A stretch of DNA of 64,000 bases from Phycisphaerales bacterium (lineage in GTDB: Bacteria; Planctomycetota; Phycisphaerae; Phycisphaerales; UBA1924): positions 7,893-71,892 of the forward strand of contig JALWOY010000069.1 of assembly GCA_027083355.1 (NCBI GenBank), in the 5' to 3' direction. Positions 27,911-40,294 of this stretch are shown in pieces. Position numbers and translations under genes: made by a program. The notes below the pieces were generated by a model that was given only the letters and a program-made list of their open reading frames with translations, was not told where the DNA came from and ran no database searches. Position 1 is the stretch's first letter. Each line of letters begins with the position of its first letter.

Positions 27911-28257
27911 CGCGGGACCTCCTTGCGCCGCCCCGGTTTGTGCGCACCCGGGGCGGACACTGGACCGATCGGCCCCGCGGGCGTCGGCCTTGACCGCTTC
28001 ACACAAACGCGCAGATCTACGCACAACCAGCCGTCGCGACCGGACTTTTCAACCCGCCCCGATGATCCGGAACCGGGGGGGCGTCCGATCAAACATGATC
28101 CCGCCTGCAACGGTTCCGGTAACACCGGAACGCCGGGAACCCGCACAAACCTGTTCAACCTCGATCTTTTTCTTGATCCGGGTTGCCGGATCACGCCGCC
28201 GGATCGGATCGTTTCATTGATGAGCACCCCGATATCGATCCGCCGAAAGGAACCCCG

Positions 28258-28629
28258 ATGCTCGGCCTGATCCACCAGATGCCCGCCGAGGCATATATCC
28301 CCTGGAGTTTCCTTTTCGCCGCGACCATGCTCGCGTCCGGTGTCGACGTGTTCGCCCGTCGGACATTCAATCCGGTCGTGCTCTGTGTCTGGTTCTTCGG
28401 CGTGACATTCTCGGGCCTCGTCGGCGGGTGGGGCGCCCCCGAGTTCGCCGCCGCGATGGTCATCCTCGTGACACCGCACCTGCTGATCTGCTCGTTCTCG
28501 GCACGGGGCCGGCAGCCGGAGACCGAGGAAACCGACAACGAACGTGTGCATGACGCCCTGCCGATCTCGATGGTGCCGCACATGGACCACGACGCCGACG
28601 CGGACAAGAGCTACCGCCGCGTGGCGTAA
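28258..28629 (+). CDS. small polytopic membrane protein, function unknown (first gene of the flp-side operon)
   Basis: High GC3 coding pattern. Three hydrophobic segments are followed by an acidic/His-rich tail. No family recognised. Confidence 0.4.
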   Translation: MLGLIHQMPAEAYIPWSFLFAATMLASGVDVFARRTFNPVVLCVWFFGVTFSGLVGGWGAPEFAAAMVILVTPHLLICSFSARGRQPETEETDNERVHDALPISMVPHMDHDADADKSYRRVA

Positions 28630-28963
28630 ACCGAACCGAGCACAATCAATCGCCCGGATGTACCCGTTGCATCAGGCGTGTGTCACGGGCATCCTGGCCG
28701 AGAGCACGTGACCTGCACTTTCGCACGGCCAAAATGGCCGTGCCACACGCGGCATAACCCGCTCATCATGTGTGTTCTTCTCCCGTTTCTGCCACCGTCG
28801 CGTCCGGTCTGGCGCGACCCGCCGCGGCCGTGATCAGAAATTTTCTCACGGCGCCTTGCATCCCTCGATTCTGTTTTGCACCTTCGTCGAGGCGGGAAAC
28901 GCACCGCCACCGCCGGGTCATACGCGATGCCCGGGGGCACGACGGAACAACAGGAGGTACCCC

Positions 28964-29146
28964 ATGAAGCAGCTCAGCACCATCACCAAGCGGTTCATCA
29001 AGGAGGACGACGGGCTCGAGACCATCGAGTACGCCGTGATGACCGCCCTTATCGTCGCCGGCCTCGTCGCCGCCCTCGGTGCGCTCTCCGGCGCCATCAC
29101 CGGCCGCTTCGGTGATGTCCAGGGCACGGTCGACAACATCAACTGA
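28964..29146 (+). CDS. flp: Flp family type IVb pilin
   Basis: 60 aa after caggagg. MKQLSTITKRFIKEDDG|LETIEYAVMTALIVAGLV carries the Flp G/xxxxEY processing motif. Confidence 0.9.
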   Translation: MKQLSTITKRFIKEDDGLETIEYAVMTALIVAGLVAALGALSGAITGRFGDVQGTVDNIN

Positions 29147-29212
29147 GCCTCTGCACGTCGCGGGCGGGCCGGGCGCCGCCGGTTCCCCGCCCGCCTCCGA
29201 CGCTGTTCAACG

Positions 29213-29246
29213 CAGACACGCCCCCGACGGGGCGTGTCTGTATTTC
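29213..29246 (+). terminator. strong hairpin (attenuator or terminator) just after flp
   Basis: cagacacgcccc-cgac-ggggcgtgtctg is a 12-bp perfect stem, followed by tatttcc. Confidence 0.55.
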
Positions 29247-29259
29247 CACGGAGCGACGC

Positions 29260-29838
29260 ATGTTCGACGGTTCGCCCATCCCGGATCCCACGCAGCACCT
29301 CGGCCCCTGGCTCGTCGTGCTCACCGCCTGCGCCGCAGCGTGTATGACCGACCTGCGTGACCGCCGGATCCCCAACGCGATGACGCTCGCGCTGTGGGTC
29401 GCCGGGTTGATCTTTTCCGCAATCATCGGCGGTGCGGGCGGTCTCGGCGGCGCGTTGGGCGCATCGGTCCTGCTTGCCCTGCCCTACATCGTCCTGTTCC
29501 TCTTCGCGGGGGGCGGCGCGGGCGACGCCAAACTCATGGCGGGCGTCGGTGCCTGGCTTGGTATGACGCAGGGGATGTACGCGTTGATGATGGTCGCGCT
29601 TGTCGGCGGGCTCGCCGGCATCGTGGTCGGACTCGTCAGGGGACAGTCGCGACGCACATTCGGGCACCTCGCCTTCGCCACCACGGGCCTGATCGGGCTC
29701 GCCCACGGCAGGCTCAGGCCCTCCGAGTGCGCCGCGTTCATGCCCCCCGTCAGCGGGGCGCACCGCATCCCCTACGGCGTGGCCATTTTCCTCGGGGTCG
29801 CGTCGGCATTCGTTGGAGCGCTGTTATGGCACGGATGA
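29260..29838 (+). CDS. cpaA: prepilin peptidase CpaA/TadV (A24 family)
   Basis: Two catalytic Asp contexts, ...CMTDLRDRRIPN... and ...GGGAGDAKLMAG..., in a polytopic membrane protein. Confidence 0.85.
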   Translation: MFDGSPIPDPTQHLGPWLVVLTACAAACMTDLRDRRIPNAMTLALWVAGLIFSAIIGGAGGLGGALGASVLLALPYIVLFLFAGGGAGDAKLMAGVGAWLGMTQGMYALMMVALVGGLAGIVVGLVRGQSRRTFGHLAFATTGLIGLAHGRLRPSECAAFMPPVSGAHRIPYGVAIFLGVASAFVGALLWHG

Positions 29839-30221
29839 AACACAAATCCCGGCGGGGGATCTCGATCGTCGAATCCGCCTTCATGATCCCCATCCTCATG
29901 TCGCTCATCTTCGGCGCCATCGAGGCCGGCATGATGCTGCACATGCGGCAGAACATGCTCGCCGCGGCCCGAGAGGGCGCCCGCACCCTCGCCGTCCAGG
30001 GCGGCACACCCGCCGACGCCGAACAGGCCGCGCTCGCCCTGCTCCCCGGCGGCGATCTCGACTTCGATGTCATCGCCACGCAGCCCGGGCCCGACGACCC
30101 CAACCGCGACGTGGTCGTCGAGGTCAGCGTTCCCTTCGCCCAAGCCTCGCTCGGTGATATGTTCGGGCTCTACGGCGACGACCGGATGAGCGTCAGCGTC
30201 ACGATGCGGAGCGAACAGTGA
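29826..30221 (+). CDS. tadE: TadE-like pseudopilin
   Basis: MARMKHKSRRGISIVESAFMIPILMSLIFGAIEAG is a TadE-type N-terminus. Overlaps the cpaA 3' end. Confidence 0.8.
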   Translation: MARMKHKSRRGISIVESAFMIPILMSLIFGAIEAGMMLHMRQNMLAAAREGARTLAVQGGTPADAEQAALALLPGGDLDFDVIATQPGPDDPNRDVVVEVSVPFAQASLGDMFGLYGDDRMSVSVTMRSEQ

Positions 30222-30250
30222 GAACCCCCGACAGAGGAAGGAGTGACATC

Positions 30251-31711
30251 ATGCGCACATCGCGTCACACCACGAGCGGGGGCAAGGCAAAGTCGCCCGG
30301 CCGACTCGTCGTCCACCGCCGGGGCACCGTCACCATCTGGGGGCTTTTGTCCATCGGCATGCTCCTGACACTCGCCGCGCTTATCGTGGACGGGGCGACG
30401 CTGTACGGCTCGCAAGCCGACCTCCAGGCCGCCGCCGATTCCGCGGCCCTCGCCGGCGCCAGCGCCCTCGTGATCAGCCCGGACGAGGCCCGCGCCCGGG
30501 CGATCGAATACGCGTCCAAGAACTTCGCCCACGGCGAATCGGTGCAGGTGCTCCCCGAAGACATCGTCCTCGGGGACTGGGATTCGGAGACAAAGACGTT
30601 CACCCCGCTCAGCGCCGGAGATGAGACTTACGCCGACGCCGTCCGCGTCACCGCGAGCCTCGCCGAGGACCACGGCAACCCCGTGACGATGGCGTTCGCG
30701 CAGGTCTTCGGGACCTCCCAGGCCGACGTCCGCGCCTCCGCGACGGCGATCTATCGCCCCCGCGACATCGTTCTCGTGATCGATCTGTCAGGCTCGATGA
30801 GCTTCGACAGCCAGATCAGGTCCGTCCCCACGTTCGGACGTGAATACATCGAGAACAACCTCCACCAGATCTGGACCCAGCTCGGCGCCCACACCTACGG
30901 CAACATGGGCTTCGAACCGGTCTATATCTCCAGCAACAGCCGCCAGTCCGTCCTTCATCAACTCGGACTCGACAACGTGCCATACCCGTACCCCTCCGGC
31001 TCATGGGACAACTACATTCATTACGTCCAGACCAGCGGCGTGCTCTACCGCCAGGGATACCACAAGAAGTACGGCGGCCTTACCTTTGTGAACTACATTC
31101 TCTCGATACGCAAACGGGCGACTCAGACGCCCGATCTGTGGATGACAAGTGAGTACCCGCTCCAGGCCGTCAAGGACTCGGTCGATATCTTCCTCGACTT
31201 CCTCCGCGATGTCGCCACCGAGGACCGTGTCGGGCTGAGCGTCTACACCTCGACGGACGGCGGCGCCCTGCTCGAAAGCGGCCTCACCGACGACCTCGAA
31301 CTCATCCGCAGCCTCACCCACCACCGGCAGGCCGGGCACTACCAGGCCATGACCAATATCGGCGCCGGGCTCGAGGTCGGCCGGGCCGAACTCGACGCCC
31401 ACGGCCGCGACGGTACGCTCAAGACGATGATTCTGCTCACCGACGGCCGCGCCAACAGACCCTATAACACCTCCTACGCGCGTCAGTACGTCATCGACGA
31501 GGCCTACGCCGCCGCCGACGCGGGCTACCCCATCGCGGCGATCAGCCTCGGTGCGGGCGCCGACGTGAACCTGATGCAGCAGGTCGCCGACATCTCGGGC
31601 GGTGTGAGCTTCCATGTCCCCGGCGGTCAGTCCGTTGAGCAGTACGAGGCCGAGCTGCGGCATGTCTTCGAGACGATCGCCGCCAGGCGTCCGCTGCGGC
31701 TGGTGCACTGA
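30251..31711 (+). CDS. tadG: TadG-like protein with von Willebrand factor A domain
   Basis: ...RRGTVTIWGLLSIGMLLTLAALIVDGATLYGSQADLQAAADSAALAGA is a TadG-type N-terminus. VWA MIDAS motif DIVLVIDLSGSMS, and later LLTDGRAN. ATG 30251 follows ggaaggag; an alternative GTG start lies at 30218. Confidence 0.8.
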   Translation: MRTSRHTTSGGKAKSPGRLVVHRRGTVTIWGLLSIGMLLTLAALIVDGATLYGSQADLQAAADSAALAGASALVISPDEARARAIEYASKNFAHGESVQVLPEDIVLGDWDSETKTFTPLSAGDETYADAVRVTASLAEDHGNPVTMAFAQVFGTSQADVRASATAIYRPRDIVLVIDLSGSMSFDSQIRSVPTFGREYIENNLHQIWTQLGAHTYGNMGFEPVYISSNSRQSVLHQLGLDNVPYPYPSGSWDNYIHYVQTSGVLYRQGYHKKYGGLTFVNYILSIRKRATQTPDLWMTSEYPLQAVKDSVDIFLDFLRDVATEDRVGLSVYTSTDGGALLESGLTDDLELIRSLTHHRQAGHYQAMTNIGAGLEVGRAELDAHGRDGTLKTMILLTDGRANRPYNTSYARQYVIDEAYAAADAGYPIAAISLGAGADVNLMQQVADISGGVSFHVPGGQSVEQYEAELRHVFETIAARRPLRLVH

Positions 31712-31740
31712 ACCGAAGTTATTACAACTCCCGCCGAGCG

Positions 31741-31770
31741 AACCGGGTCGAAAAGCCCGGTTTTTCTTTC
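31741..31770. terminator. intrinsic terminator between tadG and the convergent scoB
   Basis: aaccggg-tcgaaaag-cccggtt followed by tttctttc. Confidence 0.55.
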
Positions 31771-31774
31771 GAGA

Positions 31775-32437
<663 letters not shown>

Positions 32438-32569
32438 GGCACAGTGTACGCCGACACCCGCCGCGACACCGGGCCAACCGGCCCACCCTGCAAGCGAACA
32501 GGGGCAACCGGCAAACCCGGCCGCCCCGCTCAAGCCTCCCGGGGCTTCCTCCCGGCCCGGGGAAACGGA

Positions 32570-32980
32570 TCAATATTCGATCATCCGCTCCATGCCCTTC
32601 GCCTGCTCGACCCAGCCGGCGACTTCTTTCTCGCTCGGCACGCTGCGGACCAGCTTCTTCGCCTCGTTCACCTCGGCCAGCTTGGCCGCCAGGTTCGCCG
32701 CGTTGCGCTGGGCGAGCTCGGGCACCGTGTCCACGCCCGCCGCTTCGAGCAGGTCGGCGTACTCCGACCCGACGCCCTTGATCCGGTACAGGTCCGCGTG
32801 GTTGATCCACTCCATCAGCAGCTTCGGCGAGATACCCGTCTTCTCGGCAAGTTCCTTGCGCTGCGCCGGGGTACGTCCCGCCGCCAGAAGCCCGTCGGTG
32901 TCCTTCACCCCGGCCTCCCGCAGCATGACCCCGTATTGCTCGCCGATACCCTCGATGTCTTCAATCGGATAGTTGGCCAT
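32570..32980 (-). CDS. DUF4332 domain protein
   Basis: MANYPIEDIEGIGEQYGVMLREAGVKDTDGLL....L...TGIS.KLL..W...ADL.RIKGVG.EYADLLEAAGVDTV.ELA, a tandem helix-hairpin-helix-like DUF4332 pattern. Confidence 0.7.
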   Translation of the reverse strand: MANYPIEDIEGIGEQYGVMLREAGVKDTDGLLAAGRTPAQRKELAEKTGISPKLLMEWINHADLYRIKGVGSEYADLLEAAGVDTVPELAQRNAANLAAKLAEVNEAKKLVRSVPSEKEVAGWVEQAKGMERMIEY

Positions 32981-33165
32981 TCCACGACTCCTCTCTGGCA
33001 CAAAGCAACGGAGCCCCGGACGACAACTCACGGCCGATTATCGCGACAATCGAAAAACCTCGAACAATGCAGGAACCCGAACCACAGACACACAACACGC
33101 CGGGGCGTGAACCAACGGACACCAAACCGGGGCATGGAGTTGCAAACGCAGCCGATCGCCGCGTC

Positions 33166-33642
33166 TCAATCGTCGTCGTCATCCTCGGGGATCTGGAACC
33201 GATCGTGGCCGGCGTCACGCAACTCCGACAAAGGACCGGCGATCACCTCCCACGCCGCCTCGCGGTCACCGTCGAGCATGTGCATCTCCAGCTTCGCCAA
33301 TTGGACGAGCACCTTGCACTGCGTCCGGCGATACTCGGCGATCTCGGCCTCGCGCTGCTCGCCCTCGAGCGAATCCAGCCGACCCGGCACCATGTCTTTC
33401 GCGTCGACGACCAGCCGCTGGAGCATCGAGACATGCAGAATCGCGATCTCCGGCGGGGTGTTCGGGTTGCGGACAGCCCTGGCGGTCGCCTTCAGCTCGT
33501 GCTTGATCAGACTCATCCGGTCTTCCAGAACGGGGTTCGGCCGCATCCCCGCGTCATCATCAGACACGGCCAAGCCGACGGGCGCCCGGGAGGCCAGACC
33601 GATCGCGAGCGAGGCGATTGCAACGGGAATCGTCATGTTCAT
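33166..33642 (-). CDS. cytochrome b562 family protein (secreted four-helix bundle)
   Basis: Signal peptide. LEDRMSLIKHELKAT aligns with E. coli CybC LEDNMETLNDNLKVI, including the Met ligand position. C-terminal ...GDREAAWEVIAGPLSELRDAGHDRF aligns with ...[24 protein letters not shown], including the His ligand position. Confidence 0.6.
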   Translation of the reverse strand: MNMTIPVAIASLAIGLASRAPVGLAVSDDDAGMRPNPVLEDRMSLIKHELKATARAVRNPNTPPEIAILHVSMLQRLVVDAKDMVPGRLDSLEGEQREAEIAEYRRTQCKVLVQLAKLEMHMLDGDREAAWEVIAGPLSELRDAGHDRFQIPEDDDDD

Positions 33643-33754
33643 ATCAATCCCTTTTCGAAAGCCCGAGGGTGATTCAAGTGACCCGCCGACACCCGCCCCC
33701 GTCCGGTGTCGCGCAGACATGATACGCTGAAATCACCGGAAGGAGGCGCGTTCT

Positions 33755-34114
33755 ATGGTTGACCCCACCAATCTCGTTTTCATCGCCGCCAAACGCTGGG
33801 TGACCGCAGTCGACGGCCGCACCGGCGAAACAGTCTGGCGAACCGAGGTCCCGGGCAACTCGTGGTTCAGCTCGAGCTACATGACACTCGCGGTCGACCC
33901 GACCGGCGTGTACGCCAGCCGGACGGGCACCGTCTCGTGCCTCGACCCGGTCGACGGGAAGGTGCTCTGGACGATCAAGGTCCCCGGCGCGAAGAACAAC
34001 CTCCCGATCATCGCCACGATGATGGGTGGAGCAGACAACGCCGCATCGATGATCGCAGCGGTACAGGCCCAACAAGCAGCCGCGGCGGCCGCTGCGGCGG
34101 CATCGTCGGGATGA
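33755..34114 (+). CDS. small PQQ-like (BamB-type) beta-propeller-repeat protein with Ala/Gln-rich tail
   Basis: ...VTAVDGRTGETVWR... and ...VSCLDPVDGKVLWT... are PQQ-like repeat signatures. Only 119 aa long. Confidence 0.5.
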   Translation: MVDPTNLVFIAAKRWVTAVDGRTGETVWRTEVPGNSWFSSSYMTLAVDPTGVYASRTGTVSCLDPVDGKVLWTIKVPGAKNNLPIIATMMGGADNAASMIAAVQAQQAAAAAAAAASSG

Positions 34115-34396
34115 TCAGGCTTCGTCAACTCGACGCCCGCGGCGGACCAACACGAACCCGACACCCAGCGTCAGCGCCCCCACCGCCCCGTAGCCCGCGG
34201 CCCACAGCATCCGAGACCCCCGCCGCGCCTCCGAAACAGCCGGCTCCGAGAGCGGGTCATCGGAAACCTGCGTATAGATCGCACCGAACTCCAGCACGGC
34301 GTTCACCGCGCCCGAAACCGCGACCACGCCTCCGATGATGATCAGGATCCATCCGATGGGGCGTCTCATCTTCTTGTCTCCAAACATCTTCCGCAT
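34115..34396 (-). CDS. small two-TM membrane protein
   Basis: MRKMFGDKKMRRPIGWILIIIGGVVAVSGAV...AAGYGAVGALTLGVGFVLV. The upstream part of the track ORF lies in a REP element and is rejected. Confidence 0.45.
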   Translation of the reverse strand: MRKMFGDKKMRRPIGWILIIIGGVVAVSGAVNAVLEFGAIYTQVSDDPLSEPAVSEARRGSRMLWAAGYGAVGALTLGVGFVLVRRGRRVDEA

Positions 34397-34474
34397 TACG
34401 CGTGAACGGAGGGTCTCATACGGACTGAAAAAGATTCTCGTGCATTCTGGCGCAAGACCCGGGTATTCTCGACT

Positions 34475-34640
34475 CCCTCTCCCCGCGTGCGGGGATAGGG
34501 CCGGGGTGAGGGGCATCATGTCTCCGCTCGTTCATTCGCACGCGCCGATCAACGTCGAATGAAGGAGGGGGAAGAAGTTGTAGCCCCTCACCCGCCGACG
34601 CTTCGCGTCGTCGACCTCTCCCCGGCGACCGGGGAGAGAT
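34475..34640. repeat. REP-like hairpin elements of the same family as 1560-2111
   Basis: ccctctccccgcgtgcggggatagggccggggtgaggggc (inverted orientation) and cccctcacccgccgacgcttcgcgtcgtcgacctctccccggcgaccggggagag. Confidence 0.75.
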
Positions 34641-34980
34641 GAGGCAGGCAACCCTCGCGCACACCATGAAACCCGAACGCGAAACATACGTCGATCAAGA
34701 AAAGACTCGCCCTTGCGCCCGTGTCTGGTCAATACGCGCGAGTTTCTCTTGGAAATCGTCTCAAACGAGCCGCGGACGCAAGCCCGCGGAATCTCTGGAC
34801 ATCCGCTCCACGGGCTCGCGCCCGTGGCTCGTCAACACATTCTTCCGGTGCTCATGCGACACAATCGCCCGCGGGGAATGCGCCACCCGCCCGATCGACT
34901 CGGCGTGACACGCCCGAACGCGTTCAGCGAGTATCGCCCCGCGATCAGTCATCACCTTGTCGCGTGTCATCGCTTCATCG

Positions 34981-36291
<1,311 letters not shown>

Positions 36292-36293
36292 GT

Positions 36294-39221
36294 TCAATCC
36301 TTCTCTTCCATCGGCTTCGGGCCGATGGCCTCGGTGATGATCTGTTCCTGCTCCGCCTTGTGGATCCGCTTGGACCCCACCGCCGGGCTCGCCGATTCGG
36401 GCCGACCGATATAACGCGGCCGGCCCTCCCCCAGCAGCGTCATCAGCCGGTCGCTCACGAAAAGGTACGTCCCCATGTTCCGCGGCTCCTCCTGCACATA
36501 CACCCGCTCGACCCCCGACGGATACCGCGACAGGATCTCACGCAGCATCTCGGCGTGGAACGGGTACAACTGCTCGATCCGGACGAGCGCGATATCCTCC
36601 CGGCCGAGCGCACGCCGGCGTGCATCCAGCTCGTGATAGATCTTCCCGCAGCACAGCGTCAACTGGCGTACCTTCGACCGATCCCCGCCCTCCGACTCGA
36701 ACATCGGGTCGTCGAGCATCTCCAGGAAATGACCGCGGGTCAGCTCCTCGATCCGACTCGTCGGCACACGAAGCATGCTCTTGGGTGTCGCCACGATCAG
36801 CGGCTTGCGGAACGGCCGCTTCATCTGCCGCCGGAACATGTGGAACGTCTGCGCCGCCGTCGTCGGATACACCACCTGCATGTTCTCGTTGCCGCACAGC
36901 TTCAGGAAACGCTCGATCCGGCATGAGCTGTGCTCGGGCCCGGCCCCTTCATACCCGTGCGGCAGAAGCATCACCAGACCCGACCAGCGGTCCCACTTCG
37001 CCTCCGCCGTCGCCACGAACTGATCGATGATCGCCTGCGCCCCGTTGGCGAAATCACCGAACTGGGCTTCCCAGATCACCATCATGTTCGGGTCGGCGAG
37101 CGAATACCCGTAATCGAAACCGAGCACAGACGCCTCGCTCAGCGGGCTGTCGTACACGCAGAACCTCGACTGCCGGGGCTTGCCGTTGGACCCGATCGAC
37201 CCCGGCGGCCTGTCCGTCCCCAACTCGCCCATCTCGCGGATGTGATTCAACGGCGTGTAAGGCTCGCCCGTCTCGGCGTCCCGCAAAACCGCGTGACGGT
37301 GGCTGAACGTCCCGCGCCGACAGTCCTGACCGCTCAGCCGGAGCGCGTACCCCTCGATCAAAAGTGTCCCGTACGCGATCGACTCCGCGTCGGCGTAACT
37401 GATGTCGCCCGTCTCCGGGAGCGCCGCCCGCGCCGCCAGCAGAGGACGCAGCTTCCGGTTCACATTGAACCCGTCCGGCGTCCGCCCGAGCGACGCGCAC
37501 ACCTCGCGGATCTCCTCCATCGGAACGGCCGTCTCACCCGGATCGAACGAGAACTTGTGCGTCAGCCCCGCCCAACGCGAACTCCCGGCGTCGATCGTCG
37601 GGTCGTGCGGGCTCGACTTGACCTCCTGCTGGGCGTGCTCGAGCGCCTCGTCCATCCGAACCCGGATCGCCTCGACGTCGGTGTCGTTGATCACGCCCTC
37701 GGCCAGCAACTGCTCCTTGTACCCCGCAAGGATGCTCTTCTTGCCCTTGATCAGCTTCGCCAAAATCGGCTGCGTGAAACTCGTCTCGTCCTGCTCGTTG
37801 TGCCCGTACCGCCGGTAGCACTGCAGATCGATGAAGATGTCTTTCTGGAACTTCTGGCGGAACTCCATCGCCAGCTCCGCCACCGCCACCACCGCCTCGG
37901 GGTCCTCCCCGTTCACATGCAGCACCGGCGCGTCGATCATCTTCGCGACGTCCGTGCAATACAGGCTCGTCCGAGCATCCTCCGGCACCGTCGTGAACCC
38001 GATCTGGTTGTTCACCACGACGTGCACCGTGCCCCCTGTCGTGTAACCCTCCAGACCGCTGTAGTTCAGGATCTCCGCGACGATCCCCTGCCCCGCGATC
38101 GCGGAGTCGCCGTGCAAGACCACGGGGATCACCCGCTTGCGCTCGGAATCCGCACGCAGCCGCTGCTTCGCCCGGCACCGGCCCTCCACCACCGCGCCCA
38201 CGCATTCGAGGTGGCTCGGGTTGCTCGCCATCGCCAGGCGCAGCGTCCGACCGTTGCGATACCGCCTCGTGCTCGAATAGCCCCTGTGATACTTCACGTC
38301 CCCGCCGCTGTCGTCGAAGTCCTCCAGCCAGGTCTCCTCGAACTCGGTGAACATCTGCTGATACGTCTTGCCCATGATGTTGTTGAGCACGTTCAGCCGG
38401 CCCCGGTGGGCCATCCCGATCACCACCTCCTCGACACCGAGATCGCTCGCCTTCTCCAGAAGCCGATCCAGCAGCGGGATCAACGACTCGGACCCCTCGA
38501 GGCTGAACCGCTTCTCACCCGGATAACGCTTGCCCAAAAACCGCTCGAACATCTCCGCGCGGATCAACTGCTCGAGCAGGTGCGCCTTCTCCGGCTTCGA
38601 CAGCTCGATCCGCCCCCCGCTGCGCTCGAAACGCTCGAAGAGCCACGCCCGCGCCGCCGTGTCGTTGACATGCATGAACTCGACGCCGATCGAACCGCAG
38701 TACGTCCGCTCCAGCCGCTCGACGATCTCGCCGACCGTCAGCATCCCGTCGTACCCGATCGCGCTGGCGTCGACCGGGCGGTCGAGATCCTCGCAGCAGA
38801 TCGCGTGGTACTCCAGCGTCAGGTCCTCGGGCCGGGGACGCTCGCGGCCGAACGGGTCGATCCGCGCCGCAAGGTGCCCGTGCATCCGGTAGGACGTGAT
38901 GAAGTCGTCCACCACCGCCTGAAAGTACGACGCCCGACCCGCGGGGCGTCCCTCGAAAGGCGTCACCCGGATCGGGCCGTCAACCGGCGAATACGCGTGA
39001 CCGTTTTTCGACCCACCGGCGGGGGTGCCCGCCGAAGCACCGGCATCGCCCGCCTGCCCGAAGAGCTTCAGCTCACCGGCCTGCGCCAGGTCGAACCCCG
39101 CGAAGAACATCTGCTCGGCAGAGGTCAACGCCGACGGATCGGTCTGATACAGCCGGTACCGCTCCTCAAGGTACTCCGGGCTCCAGCTGTTCACGGAACG
39201 AGGAATCGCGTCTGTATTCAT
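36294..39221 (-). CDS. sucA: 2-oxoglutarate dehydrogenase E1 component
   Basis: About 975 aa with ...KRFSLEG.ESLIP.L..........[11 protein letters not shown]...GDVKYH.G and ...[20 protein letters not shown]. Start placed at ATG 39221. Confidence 0.92.
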   Translation of the reverse strand: MNTDAIPRSVNSWSPEYLEERYRLYQTDPSALTSAEQMFFAGFDLAQAGELKLFGQAGDAGASAGTPAGGSKNGHAYSPVDGPIRVTPFEGRPAGRASYFQAVVDDFITSYRMHGHLAARIDPFGRERPRPEDLTLEYHAICCEDLDRPVDASAIGYDGMLTVGEIVERLERTYCGSIGVEFMHVNDTAARAWLFERFERSGGRIELSKPEKAHLLEQLIRAEMFERFLGKRYPGEKRFSLEGSESLIPLLDRLLEKASDLGVEEVVIGMAHRGRLNVLNNIMGKTYQQMFTEFEETWLEDFDDSGGDVKYHRGYSSTRRYRNGRTLRLAMASNPSHLECVGAVVEGRCRAKQRLRADSERKRVIPVVLHGDSAIAGQGIVAEILNYSGLEGYTTGGTVHVVVNNQIGFTTVPEDARTSLYCTDVAKMIDAPVLHVNGEDPEAVVAVAELAMEFRQKFQKDIFIDLQCYRRYGHNEQDETSFTQPILAKLIKGKKSILAGYKEQLLAEGVINDTDVEAIRVRMDEALEHAQQEVKSSPHDPTIDAGSSRWAGLTHKFSFDPGETAVPMEEIREVCASLGRTPDGFNVNRKLRPLLAARAALPETGDISYADAESIAYGTLLIEGYALRLSGQDCRRGTFSHRHAVLRDAETGEPYTPLNHIREMGELGTDRPPGSIGSNGKPRQSRFCVYDSPLSEASVLGFDYGYSLADPNMMVIWEAQFGDFANGAQAIIDQFVATAEAKWDRWSGLVMLLPHGYEGAGPEHSSCRIERFLKLCGNENMQVVYPTTAAQTFHMFRRQMKRPFRKPLIVATPKSMLRVPTSRIEELTRGHFLEMLDDPMFESEGGDRSKVRQLTLCCGKIYHELDARRRALGREDIALVRIEQLYPFHAEMLREILSRYPSGVERVYVQEEPRNMGTYLFVSDRLMTLLGEGRPRYIGRPESASPAVGSKRIHKAEQEQIITEAIGPKPMEEKD

Positions 39222-39370
39222 TTCATCTGCCGCGGGTTGGGCCCCGCACAACGGGTCGGCCCCGACCGACCCGAACGCGCAGCGCGTGGCGGAATCTTCC
39301 GATAGTACCCGTTACTATCGGCCGCTTTGACCCCCTCCTGACCATTCACCCAGGATTTCCCCGCGAAACA

Positions 39371-40294
39371 TCACCCGAAACGCCCGGTGACGTACTGCTC
39401 CGTCTCCAGCAGCCTCGGGCATTGGAAGATCGTCTCCGTCGGGCCGTACTCCACCAGATGCCCGAGGTACATGAACGCCGTGAACCGGCTCACCCGCGCC
39501 GCCTGCTGCATGTTGTGCGTCACGATCAGGACCGAATAACGCGTCGAGATCTGCGCGATCAACTCCTCCACACGCTGCGTCGCGATCGGGTCGAGCGCCG
39601 AGCACGGCTCATCCAATAACAACACCTCGGGGTCCGAAACAATCGCTCGCGCGATGCACAGCCGCTGCTGCTGCCCACCGGAAAGCCCCAGCGCCGGCGC
39701 GCGCAGCCGGTCCTTCACCTCGTCCCACAACGCCGCCCCGCGCAGCGCCCGCTCGCACGCGTCCTGCAGGACCGCTTTCTTGCGCACGCCGTCGATCCGC
39801 AGCGGGTACACCACGTTCTCGAAGATCGACATCGGGAACGGGTTGGGCTTCTGGAACACCATCCCCAGACGTTTGCGAAGATCGATCACGTCCATCCGGG
39901 GCGAGTAGATCGACTCCCCGTTGAGGCGCATCTCCCCCTCGATCCGAACCCCGTCGATCAGATCGTTCAGCCGGTTCACGCTCCGCAACAGCGTGCTCTT
40001 GCCGCACCCGGACGGCCCGATCAACGCCGTCACGGTGCCCTTCGGGATCGGCATCGAGATGTCAAAGAGGGCACGCGTCTGCCCGTACCAGAGCGAGAAG
40101 CGGTCGATGTCGAGCACGGCCGGCGCCCGCCGAACCTCGTCGTGCACCGCCGCCTCGGTCGGCTCCCCACGACGGATCGCGTCGAGGACCGAAGCCGTCC
40201 CGTCCGGCGTGGCCCGCGGCTGCCCGGCCGACTTTGGCTCGATCATCCCCGTCACCCCGATCCCGCCTCTCTCGCCCAGCAGTGAAGCGTTCAT
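39371..40294 (-). CDS. pstB: phosphate ABC transporter ATP-binding protein
   Basis: ...[20 protein letters not shown]... [17 protein letters not shown] 40294 overlaps the pstA stop (ATGA). Confidence 0.92.
   Translation of the reverse strand: MNASLLGERGGIGVTGMIEPKSAGQPRATPDGTASVLDAIRRGEPTEAAVHDEVRRAPAVLDIDRFSLWYGQTRALFDISMPIPKGTVTALIGPSGCGKSTLLRSVNRLNDLIDGVRIEGEMRLNGESIYSPRMDVIDLRKRLGMVFQKPNPFPMSIFENVVYPLRIDGVRKKAVLQDACERALRGAALWDEVKDRLRAPALGLSGGQQQRLCIARAIVSDPEVLLLDEPCSALDPIATQRVEELIAQISTRYSVLIVTHNMQQAARVSRFTAFMYLGHLVEYGPTETIFQCPRLLETEQYVTGRFG

Noticed and set aside
36930-39305. 791-aa plus-strand ORF opposite sucA, and similar ORFs opposite sucB, pstA, pstC and pstS
   Set aside because: They are antisense artefacts. 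The minus-strand products carry canonical family motifs.
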